Shown: positions 21,166-31,400 of the stretch, piece by piece | Position numbering within the stretch: the stretch's first letter is position 1 | Layout of the letters: each line of letters starts with the position of its first letter | IMG/VR virus record: IMGVR_UViG_3300025083_000028 | Coordinates: 1-58,899 of that record | Strand: one strand, 5' to 3' | Length of the DNA stretch: 58,899 nt | Source of the DNA: a virus | Lineage: Duplodnaviria; Caudoviricetes | Program-made: the position numbers and the translations under genes | Notes under the pieces: generated by a model | What the model was told of the DNA's origin: nothing | Seen by the model: only the letters and a program-made list of their open reading frames with translations | Databases searched by the model: none

Positions 21166-24100
21166 ATGCCAGAAATTAAAAACAACTTCGTTCAAGGTAA
21201 AATGAATAAAGACCTTGATGATAGATTATTACCTAACGGCCAGTATAGAGATGCAAAAAATATAACAGTTTCAAAATCTGAAAACTCAGATGTAGGAACT
21301 GTTCAAAATATAAAAGGAAATGTAAAATTATTTAATGATAATTTAAATCTTCCTGTGTCTGCTCCTTTTTGTGAAACAATAGGTAAATATATAGATTCAT
21401 TAACTGGAGAAATATTTTGGTTTGTAACAAATTTTGATGGAACAGCTTCTGAAAGTTCTTCTTTAGTTAATTATGCGGGGTCTTCTTTTGTTTGTAAAAT
21501 ATTTTATTCAAAACCAGATGGAACATTTAAAACATTAGTTGACTCTTATAGATTAAATTTTAGTAAACAACACCCTATAACACATTTAAATCGGTTAGAC
21601 AATATTTTATTTTGGACTGACAATTATAATCAGCCTAGAAAAATAGAAATAGACAAAGCGTTAGGGAATAATAATCCCTATAGTAACGATGTTTATTTAG
21701 AAGACAAAATTAGTGTTGCACAATATGCTCCTTATGCTGCTCCAATAGTAAAATTATCTTACGATTCTTCTATAAAAAGTAAAACAATTGAAGAAGAATT
21801 TGTTAAATTTTCATATAGATTTAAATATGATAATAATGAATATTCATTGATGGCGCCGTTTACTCAGCATTGTTTTCATCCTGGAAAAGCCGCACAAACA
21901 TTTAATGATGGAACATATTCAACATCTAGTAGCGGTATGGCGGGTATTTTAACGTCTAGTGATATATCAGATATTGCAAAAACTACAGTAGTTAACAATA
22001 TGGTTAATAAGGCTAATAAAGTTTCTTTATTAATTACTCTTCCATTTGATGAATCTATATCTTCACACGCAACCGCTAAAGTTAATAACGGATCAGGATT
22101 AACAGGAACAACTCACACAATAGATACGGTTGCTGGAACAATTGCCGCTAATAATATAATGTTAACAGATAATAACGAATTATATGTTATTAATAGTTTT
22201 ACAGCTGGCAATCCTAATTCTACATTAGCAACAACTGCTTCTATTTCCCCAGCAATAGCTAATAATACAGATTTGTATTTTTTCAATGTAGGCACATCCT
22301 CACCTTACGGGTGGAGTAATAAATTAAAAATAAAAGAAATTGAAATATTATATTCTGAATCTGATAGCACTGCTATAAAAGTAATAGATATAATAAAAGT
22401 TGGAACCTCATCACTAACAGTAAAGCCTATTATAGAGGTTATAAGCAGTGCCTCTGCGAGATTAAGATATACCTACGAATATATTTACAAGTCAACTAAA
22501 GCGACAAAAACACTTCCAGAGGCTGATTTAATTAGGGTTTCAGATATTATACCAGTTAAAGCTAAAACACAAGAAATATCTGGTAATAGAATAATTTACG
22601 GAAATTTTTTACAAAACAGAAATACAGATGATGTTTTTGATACGTCTAGCATTACTATTGGAAGTGGGGATCAAAGCTTAAAAAATAAAGAATATTTATT
22701 GTCTTCTGTAAAATCAAATAGAACATATCAAGTGGGTATTGTTCTTTCTGACAGATACGGCAGGCAATCCCCTGTTATACTGCCAGACGAATCAACATCT
22801 TTTGTTGACCCTAAAACTGGTGTTGTAACAAATGGTTCAAATTCTTGGAACCATAGTTGTTTAAAAACAACTTTTAATACACCTCTTGGAAGCGATATAT
22901 ATAATAGCGCTGATAATCGTTTAGGATGGTATTCTTATAGGTTTGTAGTTAAACAAACAGAGCAAGATTATTATAACGTTTATTCACCTCAAGTGTTAGA
23001 GGCTGGAACATTGACAAGTGCTACCGACCGCAGTTCTTTCGTTTTACTTCACGGAGATAATATAAATAAAGTCCCTAGGGACGTAACTGATGTTAATGCA
23101 GAAACTGGCAATCAAGGATCTAACATTAGACTTTTACCAAAAGTTAAAGAAAATAGTGTTTTACAAGCGGGTTACACAAATTTACAACAGCAAACCGGGG
23201 TAGATTTTATTGAAGTTACTTCAATTGGTACTGCTTTAGAACAAGGTTTAACAGAAAAACTAGATGGAGGGGCCGCAACTGATGTTTTAAATGAAGTGTA
23301 TCTTAAAGAAAAAAATCCTTTATTTGCACAAATGCCAACTGGTTTAGGCTCTTATTTTAGTACTTGGGCACCTGGAACAAAAGCGTTTAGTCTATATGCT
23401 TTCGAAACACAGCCGTTTGTTTCATCTATTGATATATATTACGAAACATCCTCATGCGGTTTATTGCAAGATTTAAAAGATAAAATAGCTGCGAGTGCTG
23501 GTGAAGCACCTACAGATATAAGTGTAAACTCAACAACATTTAATGAAGCGGACACTTCTGGTTCTACTGTATGTACTTATACAGCTAAAAAATCAAATGG
23601 TGATCCAGTTCAGGGTGGAGCATCATTTGCAATAAATAGTATAACAGATGGATTAGGTAATTCTAGACCTGGTATATTTGCAATAAGCGGAAATCAATTA
23701 GTTACGGCTACAACTTTTAATTTTAAAAATACGTCTGCAGACCAATTTGTAGTTTCTGTTACAGCAACAAGGAATAATACAAGTGAAACATACACTAGAA
23801 CCCACCTGTTTACGTTACAAAACACTCCAGCTAAAATTAATGTTGGTTCTGGTAATAACGTTTCAAATACAACCCCAGGTGTAACAATAGCGGCTGTACA
23901 AGCTAATCAGAATACAAGTATAACTATAACCGGTTTAAATGGGGGTTTAGCAAATAATACAGAAAATGTTACGTTTACTTTGGTTTCTCAAACTAATACA
24001 GGAAGATACAGTATTGATGCTAATACGGGTGTAATTAGTGCTAATGTTAATTTATCGAATGGTATGGCTGACACTTTGGTTTTAAAATCTAGCGATGTTG

Positions 24101-24444
24101 CTGGAAGTGATAGCCCTAATACTAGTTTAAAAATTACAGTGACTGGTTCTCCTTATACTCAATTTTGGAGATCCGCAAATGGTGATGCAGCAGAATCTAA
24201 TGCAGTTGATGAACCAACAGGCGTGCAAGTATGGCATAATGGAAATAATGCATTGCCTCAAGAATTTGATATAGTGTATAGCAACGCAACCGGAACAGCT
24301 CTTTTTAGCACAGGTTCCGCTACAGATGGTGCTGGTGGAGTGTGGCATTCCATGTGTGGTCCTAACTATTGTAGTCAGCAAACTGCAACGTTTGTTTTCA
24401 AAACAAGCAGTGATGGTGTAGTTAGAGCGGTAACAATAGCTTAA
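21166..24444 (+). CDS. Tail stabilisation/nozzle-like protein, N-terminal part, with C-terminal Ig/cadherin-like domains
   Basis: MNKDLDDRLLPNGQYRDAKNI start typical of podovirus gp10/nozzle-like proteins; LFWTDNYNQPRKI; cadherin-like YSIDANTGVIS near the C-terminus. Confidence 0.65.
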   Translation: MPEIKNNFVQGKMNKDLDDRLLPNGQYRDAKNITVSKSENSDVGTVQNIKGNVKLFNDNLNLPVSAPFCETIGKYIDSLTGEIFWFVTNFDGTASESSSLVNYAGSSFVCKIFYSKPDGTFKTLVDSYRLNFSKQHPITHLNRLDNILFWTDNYNQPRKIEIDKALGNNNPYSNDVYLEDKISVAQYAPYAAPIVKLSYDSSIKSKTIEEEFVKFSYRFKYDNNEYSLMAPFTQHCFHPGKAAQTFNDGTYSTSSSGMAGILTSSDISDIAKTTVVNNMVNKANKVSLLITLPFDESISSHATAKVNNGSGLTGTTHTIDTVAGTIAANNIMLTDNNELYVINSFTAGNPNSTLATTASISPAIANNTDLYFFNVGTSSPYGWSNKLKIKEIEILYSESDSTAIKVIDIIKVGTSSLTVKPIIEVISSASARLRYTYEYIYKSTKATKTLPEADLIRVSDIIPVKAKTQEISGNRIIYGNFLQNRNTDDVFDTSSITIGSGDQSLKNKEYLLSSVKSNRTYQVGIVLSDRYGRQSPVILPDESTSFVDPKTGVVTNGSNSWNHSCLKTTFNTPLGSDIYNSADNRLGWYSYRFVVKQTEQDYYNVYSPQVLEAGTLTSATDRSSFVLLHGDNINKVPRDVTDVNAETGNQGSNIRLLPKVKENSVLQAGYTNLQQQTGVDFIEVTSIGTALEQGLTEKLDGGAATDVLNEVYLKEKNPLFAQMPTGLGSYFSTWAPGTKAFSLYAFETQPFVSSIDIYYETSSCGLLQDLKDKIAASAGEAPTDISVNSTTFNEADTSGSTVCTYTAKKSNGDPVQGGASFAINSITDGLGNSRPGIFAISGNQLVTATTFNFKNTSADQFVVSVTATRNNTSETYTRTHLFTLQNTPAKINVGSGNNVSNTTPGVTIAAVQANQNTSITITGLNGGLANNTENVTFTLVSQTNTGRYSIDANTGVISANVNLSNGMADTLVLKSSDVAGSDSPNTSLKITVTGSPYTQFWRSANGDAAESNAVDEPTGVQVWHNGNNALPQEFDIVYSNATGTALFSTGSATDGAGGVWHSMCGPNYCSQQTATFVFKTSSDGVVRAVTIA

Positions 24445-24475
24445 AAAAGCAGTAAAAAATGTAATAATTTAAAGT

Positions 24476-25696
24476 ATGGCATACGTAGTTGATATTCAAT
24501 TTTTTAACACCTTTATTCTTAGGGCAGCAGATCAGGACACTGTTCATGTAGAAGAATCAAGAATAAAAGGAGGTTTTAATGAAGCATCGGCCGGTCTTGG
24601 CCCGAAGGCTTATATTACAAATGAAAACTACGAAGAAAATAAAAGAGCTAATGCTTTAATATATTCTGGTATATATAACTCTAAAACCGATGTTAATAAA
24701 ATAAATGTTTTTAGTGCAGGTGATAAAATAACTAGGTCTGTAGATCCTGTCAATGGTGCTATAGAAAAATTATACGCAGAAGACACTAATTTATTAATAT
24801 TTCAAGAAGATAAAGTAAGTAGAGCTTTAATTGATAAAGATGCTTTATTTACAGCTGAAGGAGGGCAGTTAACCGCGTCAGGAGCTGCTGTTATAGGCCA
24901 AATTATACCATTTGCGGGTAAGTATGGTATTAGTAAAAACCCTGAAAGCTTTGCCTTAAAGGGCAATAGAAAGTATTTTACTGATAAAAGTAGAGGAGCA
25001 GTGTTAAGATTATCAAGAGATGGTATAACAGAAATATCTAAAGCAGGTATGAAAGATTGGTTTAAAGATAATTTATCTACAGCTTCTAAAATTGTGGGAA
25101 TGTATGATGATAATTTAGATCAATATGTCCTAAATATTAAAAACAATACTGAATATAATACTTTAGGTTTTGAAGAAGATGTTAAAGGGTGGACCAGTTT
25201 TTATAGTTATAACCCTGATTTTGGCTTTAGTATTAATAAAAATTTTTATACAATAAAAGATAATTATATATGGGATCATGGCACTCTTAATCCCAGCAGA
25301 AATTATTTTTATGATGGATTTGAAGAAAGTAGTATAACTTTTGTTGTAAACGCTGAGCCTTCTGTGGTTAAAAGTTTTAATACTATAAGCTATGAAGGAA
25401 GCTCAGACTGGGTTATGGAATCTTCAGAAACCGATTTAGCAATGAAATCTTGGCCTATTAGAAAAAGTTCAACTTCAATTGGAAGTGGAGTTTTAGGCAC
25501 AAGTTTTATTAAAAAAGAAAACAAATATTATTCCCATATAAGAAATAATACTACTTTAACTGCAAAAAACCAAATTATAGGCGTGGATGTATCCGGTATT
25601 AAAGGATTTTTTACAACAGTAAAAATGAAGCACGATTCTACAACAGACGAAGTTGAATTATTTACCGTATCGCATAATATAGTAAAATCAAGTTAA
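24476..25696 (+). CDS. Tail stabilisation/nozzle-like protein, C-terminal part
   Basis: EESRIKGGFN...GKYGISKNPESFA...YFTDKSRGAVLRLSRDGITEIS...GWTSFYSY propeller-like motifs. Confidence 0.65.
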   Translation: MAYVVDIQFFNTFILRAADQDTVHVEESRIKGGFNEASAGLGPKAYITNENYEENKRANALIYSGIYNSKTDVNKINVFSAGDKITRSVDPVNGAIEKLYAEDTNLLIFQEDKVSRALIDKDALFTAEGGQLTASGAAVIGQIIPFAGKYGISKNPESFALKGNRKYFTDKSRGAVLRLSRDGITEISKAGMKDWFKDNLSTASKIVGMYDDNLDQYVLNIKNNTEYNTLGFEEDVKGWTSFYSYNPDFGFSINKNFYTIKDNYIWDHGTLNPSRNYFYDGFEESSITFVVNAEPSVVKSFNTISYEGSSDWVMESSETDLAMKSWPIRKSSTSIGSGVLGTSFIKKENKYYSHIRNNTTLTAKNQIIGVDVSGIKGFFTTVKMKHDSTTDEVELFTVSHNIVKSS

Positions 25697-26104
25697 ATGA
25701 AATTAAATATACGCAGGCTCAATGAGTCAGACTATGAAGCATTAGTTACATGGTGGAATGCATGGCCAGAGTGGCAAGCCCCGCCCAAAACCTTTTTGCC
25801 AGATAATGGAAAAGGTGGATTTATTGTTGAAAAAAACAATATAGGTGTAGTTGCTGGATTTGTTTATATGACCAATTCTAAAGCAGCTTTACTTGAATGG
25901 ATTATATCTAATCCAGAATATAGAGAAAGTGACAGAAAAGACGCGATAGAGCTATTAATTAACGCTGTGGAGCAAGTTTTAAAAGACCAGGGAATTAAAC
26001 ATGTATTCTCAATAGGTCGAAATAAACATTTAATAGAAACTCATAAAAAATTAAATTGGATTGTTGACAGTAAACCTTCCTACGAAATAATAAAAAATAT
26101 ATAA
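25697..26104 (+). CDS. GNAT-like acetyltransferase
   Basis: IRRLNESDY...VVAGFVY...LEWIISNPEYR pattern; usual position before podovirus internal virion proteins. Confidence 0.55.
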   Translation: MKLNIRRLNESDYEALVTWWNAWPEWQAPPKTFLPDNGKGGFIVEKNNIGVVAGFVYMTNSKAALLEWIISNPEYRESDRKDAIELLINAVEQVLKDQGIKHVFSIGRNKHLIETHKKLNWIVDSKPSYEIIKNI

Positions 26105-26105
26105 T

Positions 26106-26726
26106 ATGGCAGTATTTAGCGCAATAGCAGCTCGAAAAGCTAGAAAGCAGCAAATTGAAGCTCAAGAAGAATTAGACAAGCAGATAAAAGGTAGACAAAA
26201 AATTATAAATCCATATGAAAATGTATCGGATTTAAGCGGTTTAATATCTAATCCTTTTGCTAACCTACAGGTCGCGACAGGAGCAGCGGAAATGCAAGCA
26301 GAACAAGCGGATATATCTTTGGCAAATACTTTAGACACATTGAGAACCACCGGAGCTGGTGCAGCGGGCGCAACTGCTTTAGCTCAAGCGGCTTTAAAAG
26401 GTAAACAAGGAATTGCTGCCAACATTCAACAACAAGAAGCACAAAATGCTAAATTAAGAGCGCAAGGAGAAGCAGGAGCAATGCAAATGAGAATGGCAGA
26501 AGGGCAAAGAATGCAAGAGGCCGATATATTAGGGAAAACTTTTAAATTTCAAGCACAAGAAGGTAGAGAAATTGCTGATATATCCAGAAGTAGTGCAATG
26601 ATCCAACAATACGGACAGCAAAGAGCTGACGCTATGGGCGCAATCGGAGCTAACACCATGTCATTCCTAGGTGCTGTTGCTACGGCTGGTGCAGCTGGAG
26701 GAGCCGACGGACAAGGATTTTTTTGA
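26106..26726 (+). CDS. Internal virion/ejection protein (small)
   Basis: A/Q/G-rich helical 206 aa with a hydrophobic Gly/Ala C-terminus. Confidence 0.6.
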   Translation: MAVFSAIAARKARKQQIEAQEELDKQIKGRQKIINPYENVSDLSGLISNPFANLQVATGAAEMQAEQADISLANTLDTLRTTGAGAAGATALAQAALKGKQGIAANIQQQEAQNAKLRAQGEAGAMQMRMAEGQRMQEADILGKTFKFQAQEGREIADISRSSAMIQQYGQQRADAMGAIGANTMSFLGAVATAGAAGGADGQGFF

Positions 26727-26742
26727 TAAAATATAATAAATT

Positions 26743-28419
26743 ATGGGATTACCAAAAGTAACATACGGAAATTACAATTACGGACAATACGCAAATCCAA
26801 AAGCAATACAATATAAAGGAGGGCTTGGTGAGGGATTAGCTGGTGGTGCGCAAACTATTGCTAACACTATTGCGCAAAGCAGAAAAGAACAAAAAGAAGA
26901 AGGAAAAAAAGAGGATGAAAAACTAAAAAAAATTAATATAGATAGTATCAGTAAAGCTGGTATATTTGGTTCTCAAATGAAAAAAGCCGCTGGAAAATCT
27001 TTTGCAATAAAAGAAAATAAAAAATACATTAGGCAATTAAAAAAAGATTTTGGGGAAAATGAAAAACAATTTGCTTTACAAGGTAGCGCATATGCAGATG
27101 AGTACAGCGAAAAAAAAGATTTTTTTGAAAATATATTAAATGAGTTAATTGAATTTAGAAATCACGCCACCACTGCTCTTAAAGGATCCGATTTAGACAT
27201 TAAGGATATTAGAAATAATACTGCAAACCTTGCCCGTTACCAGCAAAGAAAAGCTATAGAAAATGGACTTTTTACTTTTGGTACTAACGAAGGCACTCGA
27301 GGTTTGCAAATTACATTTTCAACAAATGGTGAACCAGCCACTTTATTGGCTAGTGATATTTATTCAGATGCAAAGTCTTTAACACCTCAGGCTGCATATT
27401 CTAATAGCATGAATAGTACTTTTCAAGAAGAAGTTGAAGACGCCTTTCAAAATTTTAGAGGAGTTGAAGGAGTGACAATACAGGATAAAAAAGCTACAAA
27501 TAATAGAATACATAGCCGTTTAAATTTTGAAGGAGCAGAAAAAGAAATTAAAAATTATCTTCAAAGTTCCTCGTCTATAACTAAAATAATGAAAGACCCT
27601 ACTTTTGATAATGAAACTTATTATGAAGACATTTTAGGTTTGGAAAATTACGAGGGCACAGAGGACGAAGACAAACTTATAGTTGAAGGTTTGGCTAATG
27701 ATATGTTTGAACAAGCTAAAAAATTAAATAAGTCCGTTTCTTCTTATACTTATTCTCCATCAACAACAACAGCACCTCCAACAGAAATTGGAAAATTTGT
27801 AAAGACCCTTGGGTTAACGCCTATGAAAGAAAGAGATTATACTAACCTTTACGAAACGGTACAAGGGTTTACAGTAGAAAGAGGCGGTAAACAATTAACA
27901 GGAAAAGACGTGGGAGCTGTTGATATGATAAAACAAATTAAGGGAGCCGACGAGTTTAAATACGGCACTAATCTTACTGATGTTTTAACAAATGAAGAAT
28001 TAAAAAAGGAAATTGATTTGGCTTTATCAGAAAATGAAGAAGATAGAAAAAAATCTATTTTAAGAACAGGAAAGGGCAAAGTTGTTTCTAAATATAAGAG
28101 GTACGATAAAAACTTAAAATCACATTTATTAAAATTAAGAGATAAGTTAGGAAGCTTAGAGAAAGACGACATGAAAGCACAAGGTCTTGGAAAAGCATAT
28201 CAGCTTAAGGTCATAGGTAAGGACGACAATAGTTTTTTAGTTCCTGTTTTTGATAGTAACGGTAATTTTAAACCTATGCTGGAAATAGACAATGACACTT
28301 CTTTAGATTCTCATAGTAAAGTTTTTTCCTTAACACCTAGTATAGGAACAGGAAATAGTGGAATAAGAACAACCTCAGAAATATACAGCGCACTTGGAAA
28401 ATTTTATAAATCTTATTAA
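26743..28419 (+). CDS. Internal virion/ejection protein (medium)
   Basis: 558 aa, Gly-rich N-terminal segment then charged helices; lies between the small and giant virion proteins. Confidence 0.5.
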   Translation: MGLPKVTYGNYNYGQYANPKAIQYKGGLGEGLAGGAQTIANTIAQSRKEQKEEGKKEDEKLKKINIDSISKAGIFGSQMKKAAGKSFAIKENKKYIRQLKKDFGENEKQFALQGSAYADEYSEKKDFFENILNELIEFRNHATTALKGSDLDIKDIRNNTANLARYQQRKAIENGLFTFGTNEGTRGLQITFSTNGEPATLLASDIYSDAKSLTPQAAYSNSMNSTFQEEVEDAFQNFRGVEGVTIQDKKATNNRIHSRLNFEGAEKEIKNYLQSSSSITKIMKDPTFDNETYYEDILGLENYEGTEDEDKLIVEGLANDMFEQAKKLNKSVSSYTYSPSTTTAPPTEIGKFVKTLGLTPMKERDYTNLYETVQGFTVERGGKQLTGKDVGAVDMIKQIKGADEFKYGTNLTDVLTNEELKKEIDLALSENEEDRKKSILRTGKGKVVSKYKRYDKNLKSHLLKLRDKLGSLEKDDMKAQGLGKAYQLKVIGKDDNSFLVPVFDSNGNFKPMLEIDNDTSLDSHSKVFSLTPSIGTGNSGIRTTSEIYSALGKFYKSY

Positions 28420-28429
28420 ATAATAATAT

Positions 28430-31400
28430 ATGGAAGATTTTATTTACGAGCTTGATGGCAAAGAAATTGTTGTTAAAGCTGAACATAAAGAAAATTTTGA
28501 AAGTTTATTTCCTAAAGCGGTTTTAAAACAGCAAGCAGAAAATTTTCAACCGGGTGTCCCGAATGTGGATGCGAGCGAGACGCCTGTAAAAAGAAGAATA
28601 CAACAATCAGGCCAATCTTCGGGCTTCGCATCAGGAACTACTTCTTCGGAATCACAAGAAGATAAATATTCTTTTGAAAAACCTTTTCAGGGCACATTTT
28701 TTGGTGATGTAGTATTAGATTATTTTGGCGATATAGGCAGAGCCTTTGAATCGGGTGCCGCTGCTGGTATGAGTGTAGATGAGGCCTTTGATATATACAG
28801 AAAAGGAGCTAGTATTTCAGATGAAGATTTAGATTTTTTTATTGAAGCAGACAAAAGAATACAAGCCAAAGGAACTTCTGACGAAATGTTGGAATATCAA
28901 AATATATATAAGGAAGAGGGCGGAGGAATACTAGGGTTTTTAATTGCTAACGCAAAAACAAGAGGGCAAGTATTACCACAAATCATAGCCAGTTCTGTAG
29001 CAACGATGGCAACATCATTAGAATCTGGAGAGGTTAGGGGAGCCGCATTAACTGGGGCTGGAACAGGAGCATTAATAGGTAGTAGTGCAACTCCTATTGG
29101 AACTGTCACGGGAGCTGTTGGAGGTGGAGTTGCTGGTTTAGTGGGCGCAATGGAAACAAGTTTGACTTTGTCTGAATTATTAAAAGAAGAAATTGGTAGT
29201 GATACATTAACAAAAGAAAACATAAGAGCCGTACTTGAAGACTCTGAAAAGATGAAAAGTATAAAAAATAAATCTCTTGGGAGGGGGATTGCTATTGGTG
29301 CTGTTGAGGGAATAACATTAGGTCTTTCTAGGGGTTTAGCAACCAGCTTGAGTAAAGGGGGTATGAAGGCTAGTGGGGTGACAGCAAGAGTCGCTGGGCT
29401 AGAAGCTGTTGGCGGATCTACCGGTGAAATAGCAGGTAGAATAGCCGCAGATCAAGAAATGGACACTTCTGATATTTTATTCGAAGGTGTTGCTGAGCTA
29501 AAAGGGGTAGTTAATGTTACTGACATTATAAATAAAAGCCAATATAAATTAAATGGCGAAATAAGAAAAAAGAAAGACATTCAGGAATTTATATCAACAG
29601 CCACACCAGAACAAATCGCTGGGGCAAATATAGATATTAAAAATGATAATAATTTTAAGGCTGTTATAGATGAAAAACAAAAAGACGTTTATTTACAATC
29701 AACAATTCCAGCTGAAGTCACTAATCCTAATGATAGATTTTCTCTTTTCAAATTAGAAAAAGAAAGAATTAAGTACAAAGGAAACGACACCAAAACAGCT
29801 CAGAACATGCTTTCTGATATTAATTCTGAAATAAAAGAAATAACTGATAAATACCGACGAAGAGGAAGAAAAAGTAAAGAAATTGCCGCTCAAATAATAG
29901 AAAATGAAAAAATACAAAAAGCAACCCAAGATAGAACAGTAGCAGGAACAATTGAATTTGCACAAACGCAAGGAGAAAAAATAGGTTTAAAAACTATTGT
30001 TGCAGAAGATAATAAATCTTTTGAGGCAGAGCTTAAAAAAGATGGTATAAAATTATCTAAAGAGGATAAAGCAAGCATTGATAGAATAGGCGGTTATATT
30101 CAAGGTAATAAAATATACATAAACAAAGACGCCGCCGGTAAAACAGGACAAATTAATGTGGGAGGGCATGAATTATTGCATGGTATTATAGAGAGCGCTA
30201 ATATAAAAGACATGGGCGCACTGGTTAATGATTTTAAAAAACAGTTAAGCCAAGACCAAGTAAGTATATTAGAGGCCCAAATGGTGGCTAGGGGATACGG
30301 TGTTGATTCTAAAACATACTCTAAAGAGTATTTGACTAATTTTTCAGACGCAATTGTTGATGGAACTATAAAGTTCAATGAAAATTTATTTACAAAAATA
30401 GGCGAAGGAATTGTTAATTTATTGAAAATATTTGGTTATGAAAATATAAATTTTAAGAATGGCAAGGGAGTTTATAATTTTATGAAAGAATATTCTAAAA
30501 ATATAAAAGAAGGTAAATTATCTGAGTCCGTTATAAAACAAGCGGGGACCTCTATAAATGTGGAGGGTGCAATGTCTGTGTCACCAGAATCTGCGGCAAA
30601 AGTAAATCAAATCTACAAAGATAATCCCCCCTCAATAGCTGCTCAAAAAATTGTGTTTGATTCGGAGGTTAATTATAGAGGAATGGCTGAAAAATATTTA
30701 AATGATTTTATTGCTAATCCAAATTTATCTGATGAACAAAAAGGAATAATGCAAAGAAATAGAGAGGATATAGCTGCTATGATGTTATATGACAGAATAC
30801 CATCTCAGAGAAAAGGATCAAAATTAAGAAATGTTATTGGTTTAGTTGAAGGATTTGAAGAAGTAAAAAATCAATATGGTAAAGATGGTGTTGCAGGATA
30901 TATTAACAAATTTTTTAGAAGGAGAGGTTTAGAGGCTATAAATTATTATTTAAAAGATTCAGGGCTAAAAAATATTGAAACCGAAGAGGGGACTGTAAGA
31001 AAAGACGTTGCTGTAAAAACAGCGTCTACACAAAATATTGAAGTTTCAGAAAAACAAAATAAAAGTTTTGAAAGAAAAATTACGCTAAGCAAATTAGCAA
31101 AAGATATATTATCTGATCCAACAGAAACTTTAACAAAAGTCACAAATATAATCACAAAAGAATTAAAACTTCTTGCGAGAAATCGAGTAATAAATATTGA
31201 AAAAATTGAAAAAGTAATTCAAAAAGAAATAAGAAAAGTTGTGGTTGACGGGATAGGCAAAATTAAATCTGAACAAATACCTGGAACCGCTAAAAGAAGA
31301 GCCGTAATACCAACATTGTATTCAACAATTATTGAAACTAAATTTAATGAAATAGCAGACGCTATGTCATTAATTGATATAAAGAAAAGATATAATAAAT

